Assembly: GCA_010405405.1 (NCBI GenBank)
Contig: MU004230.1
Location: 1,274,627-1,338,626, forward strand
Reading direction: 5' to 3'
Length of the DNA: 64,000 bases
Origin: Microthyrium microscopicum
Taxonomy: Eukaryota
Shown: in pieces, positions 60,338-64,000 of the stretch
Position numbering within the stretch: the first letter of the stretch is position 1
Layout: every line of letters begins with the position of its first letter
Notes under the pieces: generated by a model
Told to the model about the DNA's origin: nothing
What the model saw: only the letters and a program-made list of their open reading frames with translations
Database searches by the model: none
Program-made: the position numbers and the translations under genes

Positions 60338-63300
60338 ATGAGGTTTCCGACGGCCTACTGGCCTCTTGGCCCAGGTCTCCTCTTGTCACTCTTTACTCAA
60401 GGTGCGCTAGCAATTCCTCCTTCCGGTCAGTCATTTTCTTCTTGTTATCCTGCATCAGCATGTCAGGGCCAAATGGTTGCGGGCGGCATGCCCGACTGCC
60501 TGCTAGGCGGCGGAGACAGATATTGTTCTTTCGGCTACTACCAGACTTGTACTGCATTGGGAATTCTCGCAGGATTCAGCAACATTCCCATATGCTCTAC
60601 AACTTCATCATCACGATTTTCTTCATCAGTTGTCGCGGCGCCATCCTCGATCTCGGCAGTGATCTCCAGCTCATCGCCATCAACGCCATCTGCAACCAGT
60701 CTCTCACCAAGATCATCATCGGCTCCCTCGTCAGCACCAGCTATAACAAGCTCGCCTAGTTTCAGGAGCTCTTCGTCGTTGGCTCCCATCTCAAATTCCG
60801 CTGGAATTTCCAGTCTATCACCGGATGCTGGTGGGGGTCTTGAACTAGGAGTTTCCGTGGGACTAGGAGCGTCGGGCATAGGGGTAGGAGTTTCCCTCGG
60901 TTTGGGAGTCTCTGCGGCACCGCCGGTTTCAAGTTCGCCCAGCTATAGAAGCTCCTCCTCGCTGCCGTCCATTCCGGGCTCCGCTGTGATGTCAAGTTCA
61001 TCATCATCGGATACTGGTGGTGGCATCGGTATAGGAGTATCGATAGGGTTAGGAGGTTCTGCCTCGCCCGCTGTCACGATCTCTCCCAGCTACAGAAGCT
61101 CTTCTCCCATCTCTACCGCAATATCAATTTTATCATCAGATGCTGGTAGTGGCCTCGGACTTGGAGTCTCCTTGGGATTAGGAGTTTCCTTGGGTGTAGG
61201 CGTTTCCTTGGGAGTAGGAGGCTCCGCATCGCCCGCAGTCACAAGCTCGCCCATAAGCCCTTCTCCGTTGGCATCTATTCCAAGTCCCGCTGCAATATCA
61301 CTTTCTTCGTCAGATGCTGGTATTGGCCTTGGAATAGGATTATCAATAGGAATAGGAGCAGGGGCTTCACCCGTCATTACGAGCTCGCTCAGCTACAGAA
61401 GTTCTTCTCCAGTGGCATCTATTCCAAGCTCCGCTGCAATATCACTTTCATCATCGGATGCTGGTAGTGGCTTTGGAATAGGAGTATCAATAGGAGTAGG
61501 AGCCGGCGCTTCACCCGCCATTACCAGCTCGATCAGCAACATGAGTCCTTCGCCATTAGCGTCCAATCCGAGCTCCGGTGCAGTATCCAGCGTGTCATCG
61601 GATGCCGGAGGTGGCCTTGGCCTAGGAGTTTCTGTGCCTGGTCTAGGAGTTTCCGTAGGGATAGGAGCAGGAATCTCGGGGGGAGTATCTTTAGGAGTAG
61701 GGGTTGGTGTTAGCCTTGGGGCCAACTCCATAGTCTCTAGTTCTATCGATCTCAACTCTATTCTTCCTAGTTCTATTGCTCTTAGCCCAGTCGGATTTAG
61801 TTCTCTCGGTGTGAGCTCTATTGCCGTCAGTTCTATCATGTTTAGTTCTGTCGCCACTGAGTCTCTCGCCCTGAGTTCTCTCGATATCAGTCCTATCGTC
61901 CTCAATCCCGTTGTTTCCAGTTCTGCTGTTCCTAGTTCTACGGCTCTTAGTTCTGTCGACGTCGGTTCTGTCAGCATCAGTTCCGTCGACGTCAGTCCCA
62001 CCCTTCCAAGTTCTGTTGCTATTGGTTCTATTAGCCTTACTTCTGTCAACACTGCTTTGTCGGCCTCTAGTTCTCCGATTCCCAACAATATCACCCCTAA
62101 CATTATCCCGAACATCGTCACTAACATTATCCCTAACATCATCCCCAATATCATCTCCAATATCATTCCCGGTCCCGTTTCTAGTAATCCGATTTCACTC
62201 AGCTCGAATCCCGCGGGCGAAAGCTCAATCAGTTCCAATTCTTTGGATACGAATTCTATCCCCCCTATCTCAATGCTCTCCAACATTCTTTCACTGCCGT
62301 CAATCTCGGTATCTAGTCTGTCGATCCCATCGATTGAGCTTTCAAGTTTTCCATTACCCTCAATCACGTTGCCAAGTCTCACCGATTCTTTAAGTCTGTC
62401 TTTGCCCTCAATCAGCATATCGAGCATTTCAAAGTCATCTAGCTACATGCTAGGTGATACAAGTCCATCAATCTCGGAATATTCAATGTCTGCATCATCA
62501 GACACTGAGTCATTGGTGCCGACATCATCAGAAATGCAATCATCAATTTCAATACCATCAACCTTTACATTATCAATACCTGCAACATCAATCGGGCTGT
62601 CGTTGTCTTCGCTATCAATCACAGCTGGAATATCGTTACCAACGACGGTGATAAATTCTCAATTGATTTCATCAGCGTTCAGCTCACCTTCACCATCACC
62701 TATTCTCAACAATATCATTCCTCACATTATCCCAAACATTATCCCGAACATTATCCCGAACATCGTTCATGGTCCCATCTTCAATAATCCAGCTTCGCCT
62801 TCTCCGAGCCCAAGCTCAACGGGTGGTAGCTCAGTTGAAGCAAGCTCGATCAATTCTATTTCCTCAACTGGGATGTCTGAAACATCTGTTTTGGCGTCTT
62901 CTCAATCCATTGTCTTAAGCTCTTCAAACCTGCCATCTGCGGATGGGTCGAGCCTTTCATTCTCATCTTCATCGGACGTTGTGCCTTCAATTGACTCAAA
63001 TAGCGAGTCAGCAACGTCAACCCTTCTATCAAACGCCGTCTCAGGCGCCAACACAGCTTCCTCAGTGGCCAGCGCTTCTGTCGATTCAAGTACAAGTCTT
63101 TCTGCAATAGTCCCTAGTTCCATTTCAGCCATGTTATCTGCACCAAGTTCTGCATTGGATCCAGCATCATTATCATTATCAGCCAGCGCTTTGATGAGTC
63201 CTTCACCAATTGCTTCGAATTCCTTCTCAACAATCGCATCGGCGACCGATTCAGCACTGACGATTTCAAATTCAGCAGTCTCCTCAGAACCATTCCCGTC

Positions 63301-64000
63301 ATCATCGGATACAATCGAATCACAGTCGGACTCGGCCTCCTCCGACTTGAGCTCCGAGGCGCCGTCCGGCTCTCAAATGATAACCACGCTTGGTTGGAAT
63401 ACTCTTGGATGTTATAAGGATATTCAGCCTACTCGGGCACTGGCGGAATTCACCCGTATTGGTACAATGGATCAAGAGCTATGCCAGTCGATTGCTAGTA
63501 CTTCTGCCATGAAGTGGGCTGCGGTTGAGTATGGAACTGAATGCTGGTTTGGAAGCACGATTGCCTTCACAATAACAGAAGACGACCCCGTTTCATGCTC
63601 ATTCCCCTGTGGTGGAAACAGCCTTGAAAGCTGTGGAGGTGGAAGTGTAATGAATCTCTTCTATCTTTCCACGCTACCACCAAGTTCGTCCTCAGCAATC
63701 TCTTCCTCGCATATAACATCTAGTGCACACTCTTCAGCAGCGTCATCCTCAGTTCATACAAGCTCACAAGCTGCAAGTCCATCACCGAGTATCAGTTCGC
63801 CTGTTTTGGCTCCTACATCTTCAGTAGCAAGTTCCTCAACAGCGAGTTCCTTAGCAGCAAGTTCTTCAGCAGCAAGTTCCTCGGCAGCAGGTTCATCATC
63901 AGCAGGTTCTTCGAGCTCGCCGATATCAAGTTCTTCCGCTGGGATTATGGCCTCGACCACTCAGTCAAGCAGTCTAGAATCATCAATGATCGCTAGTGAA
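60338..64000 (+). CDS. Giant secreted Ser-rich mucin-like protein with a WSC domain (partial, continues beyond the window)
   Basis: ATG at 60338 opens MRFPTAYWPLGPGLLLSLFTQGALA (signal), then a 6-Cys segment and a very long Ser/Pro-rich region. A WSC domain lies at ~63388-63667 (GWNTLGCYKD..ELCQ..VEYGTECWFG..CSFPCGGNSLESCGG). The frame at the window end matches the start frame, so it is probably absent from the ORF track because no stop is reached. Confidence 0.88.
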   Translation, partial: MRFPTAYWPLGPGLLLSLFTQGALAIPPSGQSFSSCYPASACQGQMVAGGMPDCLLGGGDRYCSFGYYQTCTALGILAGFSNIPICSTTSSSRFSSSVVAAPSSISAVISSSSPSTPSATSLSPRSSSAPSSAPAITSSPSFRSSSSLAPISNSAGISSLSPDAGGGLELGVSVGLGASGIGVGVSLGLGVSAAPPVSSSPSYRSSSSLPSIPGSAVMSSSSSSDTGGGIGIGVSIGLGGSASPAVTISPSYRSSSPISTAISILSSDAGSGLGLGVSLGLGVSLGVGVSLGVGGSASPAVTSSPISPSPLASIPSPAAISLSSSDAGIGLGIGLSIGIGAGASPVITSSLSYRSSSPVASIPSSAAISLSSSDAGSGFGIGVSIGVGAGASPAITSSISNMSPSPLASNPSSGAVSSVSSDAGGGLGLGVSVPGLGVSVGIGAGISGGVSLGVGVGVSLGANSIVSSSIDLNSILPSSIALSPVGFSSLGVSSIAVSSIMFSSVATESLALSSLDISPIVLNPVVSSSAVPSSTALSSVDVGSVSISSVDVSPTLPSSVAIGSISLTSVNTALSASSSPIPNNITPNIIPNIVTNIIPNIIPNIISNIIPGPVSSNPISLSSNPAGESSISSNSLDTNSIPPISMLSNILSLPSISVSSLSIPSIELSSFPLPSITLPSLTDSLSLSLPSISISSISKSSSYMLGDTSPSISEYSMSASSDTESLVPTSSEMQSSISIPSTFTLSIPATSIGLSLSSLSITAGISLPTTVINSQLISSAFSSPSPSPILNNIIPHIIPNIIPNIIPNIVHGPIFNNPASPSPSPSSTGGSSVEASSINSISSTGMSETSVLASSQSIVLSSSNLPSADGSSLSFSSSSDVVPSIDSNSESATSTLLSNAVSGANTASSVASASVDSSTSLSAIVPSSISAMLSAPSSALDPASLSLSASALMSPSPIASNSFSTIASATDSALTISNSAVSSEPFPSSSDTIESQSDSASSDLSSEAPSGSQMITTLGWNTLGCYKDIQPTRALAEFTRIGTMDQELCQSIASTSAMKWAAVEYGTECWFGSTIAFTITEDDPVSCSFPCGGNSLESCGGGSVMNLFYLSTLPPSSSSAISSSHITSSAHSSAASSSVHTSSQAASPSPSISSPVLAPTSSVASSSTASSLAASSSAASSSAAGSSSAGSSSSPISSSSAGIMASTTQSSSLESSMIASE
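60735..61720 (+). repeat. Six imperfect coding repeats (SSDAGxGLGxGVSxG...PAxTSS) within the WSC protein
   Basis: A GATGCTGG-like anchor recurs near 60822, 61008, 61137, 61311, 61455 and 61599. Confidence 0.85.

Noticed and set aside
60538..63960. Several long minus-strand Glu/Leu-rich ORFs (e.g. 61393-62427, 344 aa)
   Set aside because: These are antisense shadows of the Ser-rich + strand gene, which has the signal peptide and WSC domain.

Overview
A 64-kb window of a filamentous ascomycete genome. The evidence is short GT-AG introns with CTAAC branch sites and strong RIP (repeat-induced point mutation) signatures. A Dothideomycete origin is plausible but is inference. The gene-dense part carries initiator tRNA-Met, a GH17 cell-wall glucanase, a secreted protein with copper-monooxygenase-like His/Met motifs, CFT1, valyl-tRNA synthetase, VPS17, mitochondrial EF-G2 (MEF2), an OPT transporter, an F-box protein, NCS6/CTU1, SIN3, a MutL/MLH2-like gene, an unknown mitochondrial protein, CDC26, a GH55 exo-beta-1,3-glucanase, and a giant Ser-rich WSC protein that runs off the window end and is missing from the ORF track. 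Two ORF-less AT-rich blocks can be read by reversing RIP changes by eye. One is a 2.9-kb piggyBac relic (12648-15538) whose CCC..GGG ends are not flanked by TTAA. The other is an 11.4-kb element (44895-56281) with ~182-bp TIRs, TAT..ATA termini, a TTATA duplication, an IS3EU/integrase-type DDE transposase remnant and ~9 kb of unassigned cargo. Both sit inside divergent promoters. A 227-bp TA-flanked MITE lies upstream of the OPT gene. The ValRS gene has a mitochondrial-presequence-like in-frame extension with no AUG, starting at an ATA in good initiation context. All assignments are by eye, with no database searches, and intron boundaries are manual predictions.
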